A stretch of DNA of 64,000 nucleotides from Verrucomicrobiota bacterium. Its GTDB lineage: Bacteria; Verrucomicrobiota; Verrucomicrobiia; Limisphaerales; CANJXF01. A program made the translations under genes and the position numbers. Position 1 is the first letter of the stretch. The number at the start of each line of letters is the position of its first letter. The notes under the pieces are model-generated. The model was given only the letters and a program-made list of their open reading frames with translations, did not search any database and was not told the origin of the DNA. This document shows positions 25,585-35,103 of this stretch, piece by piece. The DNA is taken from contig JBBQRQ010000005.1 of NCBI GenBank assembly GCA_038214755.1, forward strand, positions 1 through 64,000. Reading direction: 5' to 3'.

Positions 25585-26586
25585 TCACGGCAGTTTCCTC
25601 CAAACGGATTGGCTTAAAATAATTTCCAACAACAACACAAACAACCCGCCGAAAATCACCCAACCGAAAAGCTCCGCGTAGTGGCGATACTTTTTAATAT
25701 CGAAATCCGTTTTCTCCAGCCGATCAATTTCCGCATAAATTTTTTTGAAAGTTTCGGAGTTATCCGCGCGAAAATATTTTCCGCCCGTGCGTTCAGCAAT
25801 TTTTGTCAGCGTCTCTTCGTCGATGTCCACCGCCATCGGTTGATAAATTTTCTTGCCAGAAAACGGATCGACCCCCGCAGGAAATGGCGCGGTGCCGCGC
25901 GTGCCGACACCAATGGTATAGACTTTTACTTTCAAAGTTTGCGCGACGTCCGCCGCAGTGAGTGGTGAAACTTTACCGGCATTGTTTTGTCCATCGGTCA
26001 TCAGAATGACAATTTTACTTTTGGACGGTTGATCGCGCAAACGGTTCAACGAAGCGGTCAGCCCTGAACCAATCGCGGTGCGGTCTTCAATCATGCCGAG
26101 GCGCAGCCGATCCAGATTTTGCAAAAGAAAATCGTGGTCGTGCGTGAGTGGAGAAGCGAGGTAGGCGCGTCCGGCGAAGGCCACCAGGCCGATTCGATCG
26201 GCGGGCCGTTTCTCGATAAACTTTTGCAAAACGTCTTTGGCTATGACCAGCCGATTGACGCGTTGATGGTTCAACTCAAAATCTTCCGAGGCCATGCTGC
26301 CGGAAAGATCGAGCGCGACGACGATATCAATTCCGCTGGCACGGCTGCTGGATTCGCCGGTGATAAGGCGTGGTTGAGCCAGCGCGATAAAAAAAAGCGC
26401 GAGGGAAAACCAGCGCAGGAGCAGCAGGATTTTTCCAGCGCGCGAACGGCTCAGACCGGAGATGGGCTTGACCAGTTGCACGGAGGAATAAAGGAACGCG
26501 GAGTTTTGTCCGCGTTTGCCCTGAAGCCAGGCGAGAATCGGCAACAGCAAAAGGAGGAGCAGAAAATAAGGATGGGCGAAAGTCAT
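25585..26586 (-). CDS. batA: BatA-like vWA domain membrane protein
   Basis: MTFAHPYFLLLLLLLP N-terminus; DLSGSM, DRIGLVAFAG, TAIGSGL, MTDGQNN, YTIGVG and IAERTGGKYFRA motifs. Confidence 0.9.
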   Translation of the reverse strand: MTFAHPYFLLLLLLLPILAWLQGKRGQNSAFLYSSVQLVKPISGLSRSRAGKILLLLRWFSLALFFIALAQPRLITGESSSRASGIDIVVALDLSGSMASEDFELNHQRVNRLVIAKDVLQKFIEKRPADRIGLVAFAGRAYLASPLTHDHDFLLQNLDRLRLGMIEDRTAIGSGLTASLNRLRDQPSKSKIVILMTDGQNNAGKVSPLTAADVAQTLKVKVYTIGVGTRGTAPFPAGVDPFSGKKIYQPMAVDIDEETLTKIAERTGGKYFRADNSETFKKIYAEIDRLEKTDFDIKKYRHYAELFGWVIFGGLFVLLLEIILSQSVWRKLP

Positions 26587-27182
26587 GGGGAACGCGGAAC
26601 GGGGAGCGCGGAACTCGGAACTTGCTCCGCAAATTGTGGTTCGGTTTCATCGACGAGGCGGACGGCAGAAGCGTGAAGGTCGCGCAACTCGATTTCGGTT
26701 GGCTCGTAACGCGCAAATTTCACGAGGTCGCAGCGGGAAAGAAACTCGCCGAGCGTTTGTTTTTGGTCGGGCGTTAGCAACGCGGTGTTTTGCAGTTCGT
26801 AAAGAAATTCCTCAGTCGTTCGTTCGGGCGCATGAAAATTAAATCGTTCCTCCAGATAAATACGAACGGTGTCCGAAACTAAAACGGTGAAAGGGACCGG
26901 TTCGAAAATAATTCGCAACGCATCTTCCAATCTTTTTCGGGCGCGTTCGTGAGGAGGAATAACGCGAGCGAGAATTTGCTCCTGCTTTTTGCGTTGGAGT
27001 CGCCACAGAAAATAAATGATGGCCGCCACCGCCAAAATGCCGAGTGTCCACCATACCCAGAGCCACGGATTGGGAATTTCCACCGGCGCTTTGATGTCAT
27101 GTAGCGTCAGGTCCGCTGCATTGCTGGCAGAAGAATTGACTGGAATGACGAGCGCAGAATTTGTCTTCATGTCACTTGCCAT
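26583..27182 (-). CDS. DUF4381-like single-pass protein of bat operons
   Basis: LHDIKAPVEIP + TM helix; RIYLEERF..APERTTEEFL..CDLVKFARY. The C-terminal VPSSALPVPRSP is encoded by a GGAACGC-type repeat. Confidence 0.75.
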   Translation of the reverse strand: MASDMKTNSALVIPVNSSASNAADLTLHDIKAPVEIPNPWLWVWWTLGILAVAAIIYFLWRLQRKKQEQILARVIPPHERARKRLEDALRIIFEPVPFTVLVSDTVRIYLEERFNFHAPERTTEEFLYELQNTALLTPDQKQTLGEFLSRCDLVKFARYEPTEIELRDLHASAVRLVDETEPQFAEQVPSSALPVPRSP

Positions 27183-27287
27183 TTGGAGTTGTTACCCATA
27201 CCGGAAAGGCAAATGGTCTTGGCGCGGACTGGTTTGAACATGGCGGCGGAATATAATTACAGGCGACACGAACTTCAAATAAATGCC

Positions 27288-27407
27288 GGGTAGCATCTGC
27301 CTCTGGCGGGTGCGAAAACATTTCTGATTTTTGATTTCCAAATCTCGACCATCCCCCGCTCGACATCGAATAGGTTTCTTCGCACCCGCCAGAGGCAGAT
27401 GCTACCC
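27288..27407. repeat. GGGTAGCATCTGCCTCCGGCGGGTGCGAA REP pair (family A)
   Basis: Inverted pair. Other copies at 34892-35037, 48182-48387, 54466-54628, 62444-62470 (single) and 63679-63773. Confidence 0.9.
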
Positions 27408-27507
27408 GCGAAATAATATTCGGTTTGTATTCGGCCTGTTTGACCAAAGAGTGCTGGGTGTGTTCACGCAACTTTTTCGACGGGCGATCTCACGAGGCAA
27501 GTACGCC

Positions 27508-27629
27508 TGGAGTGCGACGGCATGACGCCGCTTTTCCTTCACCTCCCGCCTACAAAGACTCTCAAAGTTGCGCGCATGTCGTCCAAGCCACGAGGCAGCC
27601 AAAGCGGCGTCCTGCCGCCGCACTCCAGG
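27508..27629. repeat. REP-like inverted pair
   Basis: tggagtgcgacggcatgacgccgcttt ... aaagcggcgtcctgccgccgcactcca. Confidence 0.8.
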
Positions 27630-27654
27630 GACGAGCCGCTTATGAAACATGCCG

Positions 27655-27927
27655 TTACACACGATAGCGAAACCAAAGAAGAATAAATGCGGTGACAATA
27701 ATAATGGCAACGACCCACCAGAACCAATGCAGACCGTGCGGGATGATTTTCTTTTTCTGACCGAATTCATTTTCGACAAATTTTTCGTAGTTGAATTCTT
27801 CATCGGGAAGATCGAGCGCGCCAACGTACGCTTCATCGGACCAGCCGGTTTTCTCGTCTGAGCCGCATTCGGGACAGGCTTTTGCGTTCCTCGGCAAATC
27901 CGCGCCGCAGTTGGGACAAGTGTCCAT
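27655..27927 (-). CDS. Small zinc-ribbon protein with C-terminal TM helix
   Basis: CPNCG..CPECG plus an acidic linker and hydrophobic tail. Confidence 0.8.
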   Translation of the reverse strand: MDTCPNCGADLPRNAKACPECGSDEKTGWSDEAYVGALDLPDEEFNYEKFVENEFGQKKKIIPHGLHWFWWVVAIIIVTAFILLWFRYRV

Positions 27928-27967
27928 GAAGTCCTGAGTTTTGAGTGATTGAGAATTTTATCTTTTT

Positions 27968-28178
27968 GAATTCCGAAATCCGAATCCCGAATCCGAGAGA
28001 AATCCGAACGGTGAAGGGCCACGGCACGGTGCTGATGGCAGAACACTTTTCCGCGCGCTACCTCGTAGCGCAGTCATCCTTCCCTGCAAGTTGTTGAAGC
28101 TTCCATCTCCGTGTCCCCACTCGTTTTCAGTTTTTCGGATTTCTCTCGGATTTCGGGGATTCGGATTTCGAATTTTCG
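27968..28178. repeat. AAATCCG/CGGATTT heptamer-array hairpin
   Basis: gaattccgaaatccgaatcccgaatccgagagaaatccgaa arm pairs with ttcggatttctctcggatttcggggattcggatttcgaattt. Confidence 0.85.
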
Positions 28179-28180
28179 TC

Positions 28181-28762
28181 CTAGCCCATCCCCGCGTACT
28201 CTTCATCGGTGACCAAATCGAGTCCCATCAAAATGTAATCGTGCGAAATGGATTGCATGTCTTTGACGTAGTCGGGCAGACGAACCAGCGTGGTGAAACC
28301 GAGGAGCGAAAACATTTTGATGGCGCCTTCCTGCTTGCCGATAAATTCCGCCTCCACTTTTTCCAACCCGCATTGCCGCGCGATGTCCACCGCTGCGTTG
28401 ACCAGTTCCTGCGCCAGTCCGCGTCCGCGAAAATCGGGATGCACATGAACGCTGACCCGTCCGATGTGCCGCCGCCAGCCGCCGAGTTGTTGATGGAGGG
28501 TAATGACGCCGACAATTTTTTCATCAGCCAAAGCGAGCAATGGCAGGTTGCGTCCGAGATCGATCTCCTTGCACCAATCGTGAATGACCTGGCGGTCCGT
28601 GACGCGATGTTTGATAAACATCAATTCGTGGGAAGGCATCGCCAGAAAAAACTGGTGGAAATTTTCTTCATCCTCGGACGCCAGTGGGCGCGTCACGCAC
28701 GCAAGATCATCGTGGCACTGAATTTCTTTTGGATATTCGTCGAGGGCGGAATCGAGCGACAT
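28181..28762 (-). CDS. GNAT family N-acetyltransferase
   Basis: VHVHPDFRGRGLAQEL acetyl-CoA motif; ATG at 28762. Confidence 0.88.
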   Translation of the reverse strand: MSLDSALDEYPKEIQCHDDLACVTRPLASEDEENFHQFFLAMPSHELMFIKHRVTDRQVIHDWCKEIDLGRNLPLLALADEKIVGVITLHQQLGGWRRHIGRVSVHVHPDFRGRGLAQELVNAAVDIARQCGLEKVEAEFIGKQEGAIKMFSLLGFTTLVRLPDYVKDMQSISHDYILMGLDLVTDEEYAGMG

Positions 28763-28826
28763 GATTTTTTTGGGTTTTGGTTGCGCGCAGTTTCCAAAAA
28801 AAAATTGCGCCACTCAAGATTCAATT

Positions 28827-29597
28827 TTATCTGGAATGCGAAAGCTCGCCGGTGATGCCGTAACCGTTTTTGAAGTGACGCTCGTCGATGGAAGAAGGGT
28901 CCAAACTCCAGCGCGAAGCCAGTTGCGGGACGCGGTCAGCATTCAACGCCAACAAATCTTTTCGCTCAAAACTGGACCGGCCGTCGGCGTAATTGAAGCA
29001 GGACAATTTCAAATCTTTTTCGGCGGCCGTCATCGGCCCCTGATTCCAAAGCGTCTCGCTGGCCCAGGCGTAAGCGCGGAAAACGCGGCCTTTGTCGATC
29101 AGCGCCCAGGCATGATGATTGACGACGCGATTGACGCTGAAAAATTGCAGGTGGCCCAGCTTGCGGCTGAGTTGAGTCAGGAACCGATAACATTTGTCCA
29201 CGTCTTCGCTCGGATCCGGCAGGCTTGATCCGACGACCAAAATCCAGCCGGACACTGGAGGAGAAATAAATAATTTGCGCTCGCGCGCTTCGAGCAAGCC
29301 TTCTTCCCACGAGCACGGCATCGGCGCGTGGAGATGCAAGGCATCTTGCACGGCGGCCTGGTCGTTGCCTTTGATCGCCAGCCAGCGGCAAGGCTGGTCA
29401 AAGAGCGATTCGCGAAAGTTGGCGCGAACAAAAAAGCTGGGGCTGAAATTCAAATGGACAAAATGTTCGGCGGCTTCGCGGCGTTGTCGCGCCCAGCGGA
29501 TGGCGGAGAGAATAAATAAAATTCCTGTGCCGAGGACCAAACCGAAAGGGATGAGCATGAGTAACTGCGCGACCTGTTTGATTTCTTCCGGGCTCAT
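28827..29597 (-). CDS. Hypothetical protein with N-terminal TM helix
   Basis: 256-aa ORF collinear with the GNAT gene; FISPPVSGWILVVG..RAYAW..WNQG pattern; no function recognised. Confidence 0.65.
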   Translation of the reverse strand: MSPEEIKQVAQLLMLIPFGLVLGTGILFILSAIRWARQRREAAEHFVHLNFSPSFFVRANFRESLFDQPCRWLAIKGNDQAAVQDALHLHAPMPCSWEEGLLEARERKLFISPPVSGWILVVGSSLPDPSEDVDKCYRFLTQLSRKLGHLQFFSVNRVVNHHAWALIDKGRVFRAYAWASETLWNQGPMTAAEKDLKLSCFNYADGRSSFERKDLLALNADRVPQLASRWSLDPSSIDERHFKNGYGITGELSHSR

Positions 29598-29722
29598 GTT
29601 GAAATTATTCTACGCTGAGTCTTTCCATCTTCAATGCGAAAATTTTCCGGCCGCCGAATAATTTTGGTCGATCAAAAGACGCACTTTCAAATCAACTTTT
29701 TTTATGGTCCCGCGTCCGGCTG

Positions 29723-29943
29723 GGCCGCACCTCAGTTTTTTGCAATGTTCCTTCCGAATCTCATTAGCACCCGGCTTCAGCCGGGTGTTGAGGTCGTGAG
29801 GCGAGTTCAACCGCTTTAGCGGTTTGCCCCGTGCGGGAAACCGCTGAAGCGGTTGAGGGGTACAATCTGGTCCGGTTCACCCGGCTGGAAGCCGGGTGCT
29901 AATGAGAGGGGTATTCGGGTTTGCAAGAAACTGAGATGCGCGC
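29723..29943. mobile_element. Second (inverted, more diverged) copy of the ~220-bp MITE
   Basis: Reverse complement of 25260-25478 along its length. Flanks gtccggctg / gtctggcta match at 7 of 9 positions. Confidence 0.85.
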
Positions 29944-29958
29944 GTCTGGCTATCGACC

Positions 29959-30483
29959 AGGCGAATCTCACTTTTTGAGCAACTGATAATTTGAAGTGTG
30001 TCCCGAAGGGACATTTGATAATAGCCCGGCGTTTGAACGGCGGGGTAGAGGTGGCCGCGAGTTAAGTTCCGAAGGAACGGCTGAAAATCCCAATTATTCC
30101 AATGAGCGTTCAAGATGAGACTAAGCTCCGCTCTCCCACTCTGTGGGGAGACTGGAGTTTGGACATTTTCTCGGGCGTGGCGGGCCGTGATGCACACTTT
30201 GCAAAGTGTGCCTCAGTCCTCGCCTCCGTGGCGTGGGCTGGCGCGGCTCGGAAGTGTCAGCAAAAAAATTCCAAACTGGCAGTCTCCCCACGCAACGCGG
30301 GGTGAGGGTCTCCAAAGATTAGTCTCATCTTGAAAGCAACTTAGAATTACCAACGATACGGCCGTCCCTTCGGGACTTATCCATCGCGCACCATTTCCCC
30401 CGGGCGTTGAAACGCCGGGCTATTCTCGGCGACTCCCTTCGGGACACTCCTTTTCCACGATGCTCAAAAAATGAGATGCTCCC
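29959..30483. mobile_element. Nested palindromic MITE/REP composite (~525 bp)
   Basis: Outer TIR ggcgaatctcactttttgagca / tgctcaaaaaatgagatgctccc with three inner inverted-repeat layers and a perfect 20-bp palindrome at 30192-30211. Confidence 0.75.
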
Positions 30484-30498
30484 ATTGTTTTATCGCCA

Positions 30499-33400
30499 AT
30501 GCCGATTTCCCGGCTTGATTGGCACGGACAAACCCAGTCTCATTTCTCCATCTTGAAAGCCAAAAATTACGAATTGTTCTTCACACTCACGCTCTATTTT
30601 TTCCTGGCGAACACCCTTGACGCCGAGCAGCCGTTGCAAATTTTCGAGGGTGACCGCATTGTTCTTCTCGGCGACACCTTGATCGAGCGCGAGCAGGAAT
30701 TTGGCTTTTTTGAGACCCGCCTTTACTCACGCTTCTCCGACCGCAAATTTATTGTGCGCAATCTCGGCTGGAGCGGGGACACGCCCGGCGGTGAGTCGCG
30801 CGCGCGATTTGATTTCGATAAACCGGAAAAAGGTTTTGAACAAATCACCAACCAGATCGCCGCCATCAAACCGACGATTGTTTTTCTCGGTTACGGAATG
30901 GCCAGTTCGTTTGCGGGCGAAGATGGTTTGCCAAAATTTAAAAAAAATCTGAACAAACTGATCGACGCGATTCAGAAAATCGCCGGAGAAAAATCGGTGC
31001 GCTTTGTTTTGCTCAGCCCTCTTCGCCACGAAAAACTTCCCGCGCCTCTGCCTGATCCCACCGCTCATAACTTCCAGCTCGCTCTTTATTCCACGGCGAT
31101 CGCGGAAATTGCGCAGGAGCGGGCCTTCCCGTTCGTGTCGTTGTTCGACTGGATGGAAAAACCGAGCAAGCAACCGCTGACCGACAACGGCATTCATCTC
31201 AATGCGCGCGGCTACAGCTTGCTGGCGGAAGCCATTGAAAAAAATCTGGGTTGGAAACCAATTCGATTGAACGGAAAAACTGCGGAAGAATTGCGGCGCG
31301 TCATCGTCGAGAAAAACAAATTGTTTTTCAACCGCTGGCGTCCGCAAAACGAAACCTATCTCTTCGGTTTTCGAAAATACGAGCAGGGCCAGAACGCGAA
31401 GGAGATCCCGATGTTCGATCCGCTGGTCGAGGAACAGGAGGAGAAGATTTTTGAATTGCGAAACTCGCCGGGGAAAAAATCAAGCGGACTCTCCGAAGAA
31501 TCGTGGGCCGCGTTGACGGCGAGAATGGACAAGCTCTCCGCGCCATTTGAACAGCACGCGCGCGCGATGCCGGACTTTGAAGTGGCTCCTGGATTTGAAG
31601 TCAATTTGTTCGCGGAAAATCCGCTCCTCGCCAAACCGATCCAAATGAATTTCGATCCGCAAGGCCGACTGTGGGTCGCCAGTTCTTCCATTTATCCGCA
31701 GATCGAGCCGGGCCAAAAAGCCGATGATAAAATTCTCGTTCTCGAAGACACCGACGGAGATGGCGTGGCGGAGAAGTCCACCGTTTTCGCGGATGGTTTG
31801 ATGATTCCAACAGGAGTCGCGCCGGGCGATGGCGGAGTTTACGTCGCGCAAGGAACGCAGCTTCTCCATTTCAAAGACACAAAAGGAAAGGGCAAGGCCG
31901 ACCAAAAACGAATTGTGCTTTCGGGTTTTGGCACCGAAGACACGCACCACATTTTGCACACGTTGCGCTGGGGCCACGACGGCCAGCTTTATTTCGATCA
32001 ATCGATTTATATTCACAGCCACATCGAAACTCCGCACGGCGTGGTGCGTCTGAACAGCGGCGGAATTTTCCATCTGCGCCCACCGACGATGGAACTGAAA
32101 GTTTTTCTGCGCGGCTTTTGTAATCCGTGGGGACACGACTTCGATGCGTTCGGTCAATCGTTTGTCACCGACGGCGCGGGCAACCAGGGGATCAGCTTTG
32201 GAATTCCCGGCGCGACTTATTTCACCTACGCCAACATGCGCCGCGAGTTGAAAGGAATCAGTCCGGGCAATTATCCGAAATTTTGTGGATTGGAAGTTGT
32301 GGCGAGCAAACAATTTCCTGACGACTGGCAAGGAAATTTAATCACATCGGATTTTCGCGCGCATCGAGTCGTGCGCTTTTCCATCAGCGAACAGGGCGGA
32401 GGATTCGTCACGAAGGAAATGCCGGATTTGTTGCGGACGACCAACGTCACGTTCCGTCCGATTGACGCGAAGTTCGGACCCGACGGCGCGCTCTACATTG
32501 CCGATTGGTCGAACCCGATTATTCAACATGGCGAAGTGGATTTTCGCGATCCGCGTCGCGATCACGAACACGGCCGCATCTGGCGCGTCATAGCGAAAGA
32601 CCGTTCGCTCGTGAAAAAGCCAAAACTCGTCAACGCAAACAACAGCGAGTTACTCGACCAACTTCTATCGCTGAATCGTTTTAATTCCGACCAAGCCCGT
32701 CGCGTTTTGACTGAGCGCGGCGAAAAAATTGAAAAAGATTTGGCGAAGTGGTCGCAAAACGCCGGAGACATTTTTCCCGGAGATGCAAACACCCAAGCCC
32801 CGAAAATTTTGCAAGCGCTCTGGATGTATCAGGCCATCGACGTAGTCGAACCGAGACTCCTGGAAAAAGTTTTGTCCTCCGACGACGGACGAGTTCGCGC
32901 CGCGGCCGTGCGCGTTTTGAGCGCGTGGGAAAATCGTTTGCCCAACGCCTCCGAAGTTTTGGCGCGATTGGTGAAAGACACTCATCCTCGCGTGCGCATC
33001 GAAGCCGTGCGCGCCCTCGCCAAAATTCCGACCGCGAAATCCGCCGAACTGGTCTTGAGCGTTTTGAACGCGCCGATGGATCCGTTTTTGGATTACGCCG
33101 TTTGGCTGAGCATCAACGACCTCGCCCAGCCGTGGGTGGACGCGATTCAAACCGGCGACTGGAAACCCGCCGGGCGCGAGAAACAACTTGAGTTTGGTTT
33201 GCAAGCCATCGAGCCGGAAATGGCCAGCGCCGTTCTGGGCAAGCTCTTGAAAAATAAACCGCTCTCGCGCGATGGCAGTGGCGCGTGGATCGAACTGATT
33301 GGCCGCGCGGGCGGGGCGAAGGAATTGCAACTTCTCTACGACCAACTTTTGCAAAATGGTTTCAGCGAGCCAGCCGCCGTGCGCGCCTTGGCCGCACTCA

Positions 33401-34887
33401 ATGACGCGTCCCGCTTGCGTTCCGCGAAACCAACTGCGCCGCTGGAAAATGTTGGAAAACTTTTTAATAATCCGAGCGAAAAAATTCGGATCGAAGCCGT
33501 TCGTCTCGCCGGAACTTGGAAAGAGTTGGGAAAATATTTTCCGAAGTTGAGTGAGATTGCGGGAGCGACCAACACTTCGCCCGCGTTGCGCGAAGTGGTT
33601 TTCACGTCGTTGCGCGAAATCGGCGGCAAAGAGGTGATTAAAGAATTGGCCCCGCTCGCCGACAAAAATAACCTGACGGAAATTCGGCGGTTGGCCGTGC
33701 AATCTTTGGCCGCGCTCGATTTGAAAAAGGCCGCGCCGCTCGCGCTCGAGGTTTTGCCCGGCCTCACGAAGGAAGAAGAGGCGCTGAATTTTTGGCGCTC
33801 GATTTTGAACAACAAAGGCGCTGCGCAAGCCATGACCCGCGCGCTCCCTGCCAGCGGTCTCTCCACCAATGTTGCGAAAGTCGGCTTGCGCGCCGCTCGC
33901 GAAAGCGGGCGCAGCGAACCCGAACTCGTGCTCGCGCTCACCCGCGCGGCGGCTCTCGAAGACGCGGACAAAATGTTGACTGCGGAAGAAATCAAACAGT
34001 TGAGCAAAGCGGTTGCGAGCAAAGGCGACCCGGCGCGCGGCGAGAAAATTTTCCGGCGAGCGGAGTTTGGCTGCGTCAGTTGTCATGCGATTGGAGGGGC
34101 GGGCGGGAAAGTCGGGCCGGACATGACATCGATCGGGGCGAGCGCGCCAGTGGATTATTTGATCGAATCCGTTTTGTATCCGAACAAACAAATCAAAGAA
34201 GGTTATCACTCGGTCATGCTCGATACGAAAGACGACCAGGAACTTTCTGGAATTCTCGTTCGCGAAAACACGGAAGAAGTCATTTTGCGCGACGTGGCGA
34301 ACAAGGAAATTTCCGTGCCGAAAAACAACGTGAAGAATCGGCGCACGGGCGGTTCGCTGATGCCGTCGGGGTTAATCGATAATTTGAGCAACGCCGAACA
34401 ACTTGATCTGTTTCGTTTTTTGTCCGAACTGGGCAAGCCAGGAATTTACGACGCGTCGAAGGGCGGCGTGGCGCGCGCCTGGAAACTTCTGCCCGCCAAA
34501 CATGAAATGGAACAATTCGGCGAAAAGAAAATCGTCGAGGCTGGAATCACCAACAAGGATTGGGTCGCCGCCTACAGTTTGGTGGACGGGCGATTGCCGG
34601 CCAGCGAAATGCGGACGGCGTTGAACGTCGGTCAATATGTTGGGTTGGTCGGCCTTTTTGCCGGCACGGAATTTCAAGTAACCAAGCCGGGGGAAATTCA
34701 TTTCAAAATTTCTGACGCTCCCGGAGTCGTCGTTTGGATCGATGGCAAATCTCTGGGCGTGAGCAACCCGATTGCGACAACCTTACTCGCCGGAACGCAC
34801 ACGATTATTTTAAAACTCGACCACAAAAATCTGCCGGAATTTTTGCGATTGGAATCTCCTGACGCAACGTTTCTAACCGAGAAGTGA
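30499..34887 (+). CDS. PVC-type multidomain protein: SGNH/GDSL domain + sorbosone-dehydrogenase-like propeller + HEAT repeats + cytochrome c
   Basis: LLGDT..RNLGWSGDT..DNGIHLN; GFEVNLFAE.P..FDPQGRLWV..FGPDGALYIADW; CVSCH..GPDMT..LMPSGL. Start codon uncertain. Confidence 0.88.
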   Translation: MPISRLDWHGQTQSHFSILKAKNYELFFTLTLYFFLANTLDAEQPLQIFEGDRIVLLGDTLIEREQEFGFFETRLYSRFSDRKFIVRNLGWSGDTPGGESRARFDFDKPEKGFEQITNQIAAIKPTIVFLGYGMASSFAGEDGLPKFKKNLNKLIDAIQKIAGEKSVRFVLLSPLRHEKLPAPLPDPTAHNFQLALYSTAIAEIAQERAFPFVSLFDWMEKPSKQPLTDNGIHLNARGYSLLAEAIEKNLGWKPIRLNGKTAEELRRVIVEKNKLFFNRWRPQNETYLFGFRKYEQGQNAKEIPMFDPLVEEQEEKIFELRNSPGKKSSGLSEESWAALTARMDKLSAPFEQHARAMPDFEVAPGFEVNLFAENPLLAKPIQMNFDPQGRLWVASSSIYPQIEPGQKADDKILVLEDTDGDGVAEKSTVFADGLMIPTGVAPGDGGVYVAQGTQLLHFKDTKGKGKADQKRIVLSGFGTEDTHHILHTLRWGHDGQLYFDQSIYIHSHIETPHGVVRLNSGGIFHLRPPTMELKVFLRGFCNPWGHDFDAFGQSFVTDGAGNQGISFGIPGATYFTYANMRRELKGISPGNYPKFCGLEVVASKQFPDDWQGNLITSDFRAHRVVRFSISEQGGGFVTKEMPDLLRTTNVTFRPIDAKFGPDGALYIADWSNPIIQHGEVDFRDPRRDHEHGRIWRVIAKDRSLVKKPKLVNANNSELLDQLLSLNRFNSDQARRVLTERGEKIEKDLAKWSQNAGDIFPGDANTQAPKILQALWMYQAIDVVEPRLLEKVLSSDDGRVRAAAVRVLSAWENRLPNASEVLARLVKDTHPRVRIEAVRALAKIPTAKSAELVLSVLNAPMDPFLDYAVWLSINDLAQPWVDAIQTGDWKPAGREKQLEFGLQAIEPEMASAVLGKLLKNKPLSRDGSGAWIELIGRAGGAKELQLLYDQLLQNGFSEPAAVRALAALNDASRLRSAKPTAPLENVGKLFNNPSEKIRIEAVRLAGTWKELGKYFPKLSEIAGATNTSPALREVVFTSLREIGGKEVIKELAPLADKNNLTEIRRLAVQSLAALDLKKAAPLALEVLPGLTKEEEALNFWRSILNNKGAAQAMTRALPASGLSTNVAKVGLRAARESGRSEPELVLALTRAAALEDADKMLTAEEIKQLSKAVASKGDPARGEKIFRRAEFGCVSCHAIGGAGGKVGPDMTSIGASAPVDYLIESVLYPNKQIKEGYHSVMLDTKDDQELSGILVRENTEEVILRDVANKEISVPKNNVKNRRTGGSLMPSGLIDNLSNAEQLDLFRFLSELGKPGIYDASKGGVARAWKLLPAKHEMEQFGEKKIVEAGITNKDWVAAYSLVDGRLPASEMRTALNVGQYVGLVGLFAGTEFQVTKPGEIHFKISDAPGVVVWIDGKSLGVSNPIATTLLAGTHTIILKLDHKNLPEFLRLESPDATFLTEK

Positions 34888-34891
34888 ACGC

Positions 34892-35037
34892 GGGTAGCAT
34901 CTGCCTCCGGCGGGTGCGAAACACTTTTTTATTTCGATGTTGGATGTTCAGTGTTCGATGTTGGTTTTTGATTCTCAAACATCGAACATCCAACATCGAA
35001 TTGGTTTTTTCGCACTCGCCCAAGGCAGATGCTACCC
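34892..35037. repeat. Family A REP pair enclosing CGATGTT/AACATCG heptamer arms
   Basis: gggtagcatctgcctccggcgggtgcgaa..cgatgttggatgttcagtgttcgatgttgg..aacatcgaacatccaacatcg..ggcagatgctaccc. Confidence 0.9.
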
Positions 35038-35103
35038 GTGTCATGAATTCCCTGGAAGTTCGTTGTAACGTCGGCAAACTTATTTCCGTCTCGCAAAACG
35101 CTC

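Noticed and set aside
32665..34209. 514-aa antisense ORF (and similar shadows such as 42700-43728 and 19593-20519)
   Set aside because: They lie opposite well-supported genes and show no recognisable motifs, as expected from codon bias in GC-rich DNA.
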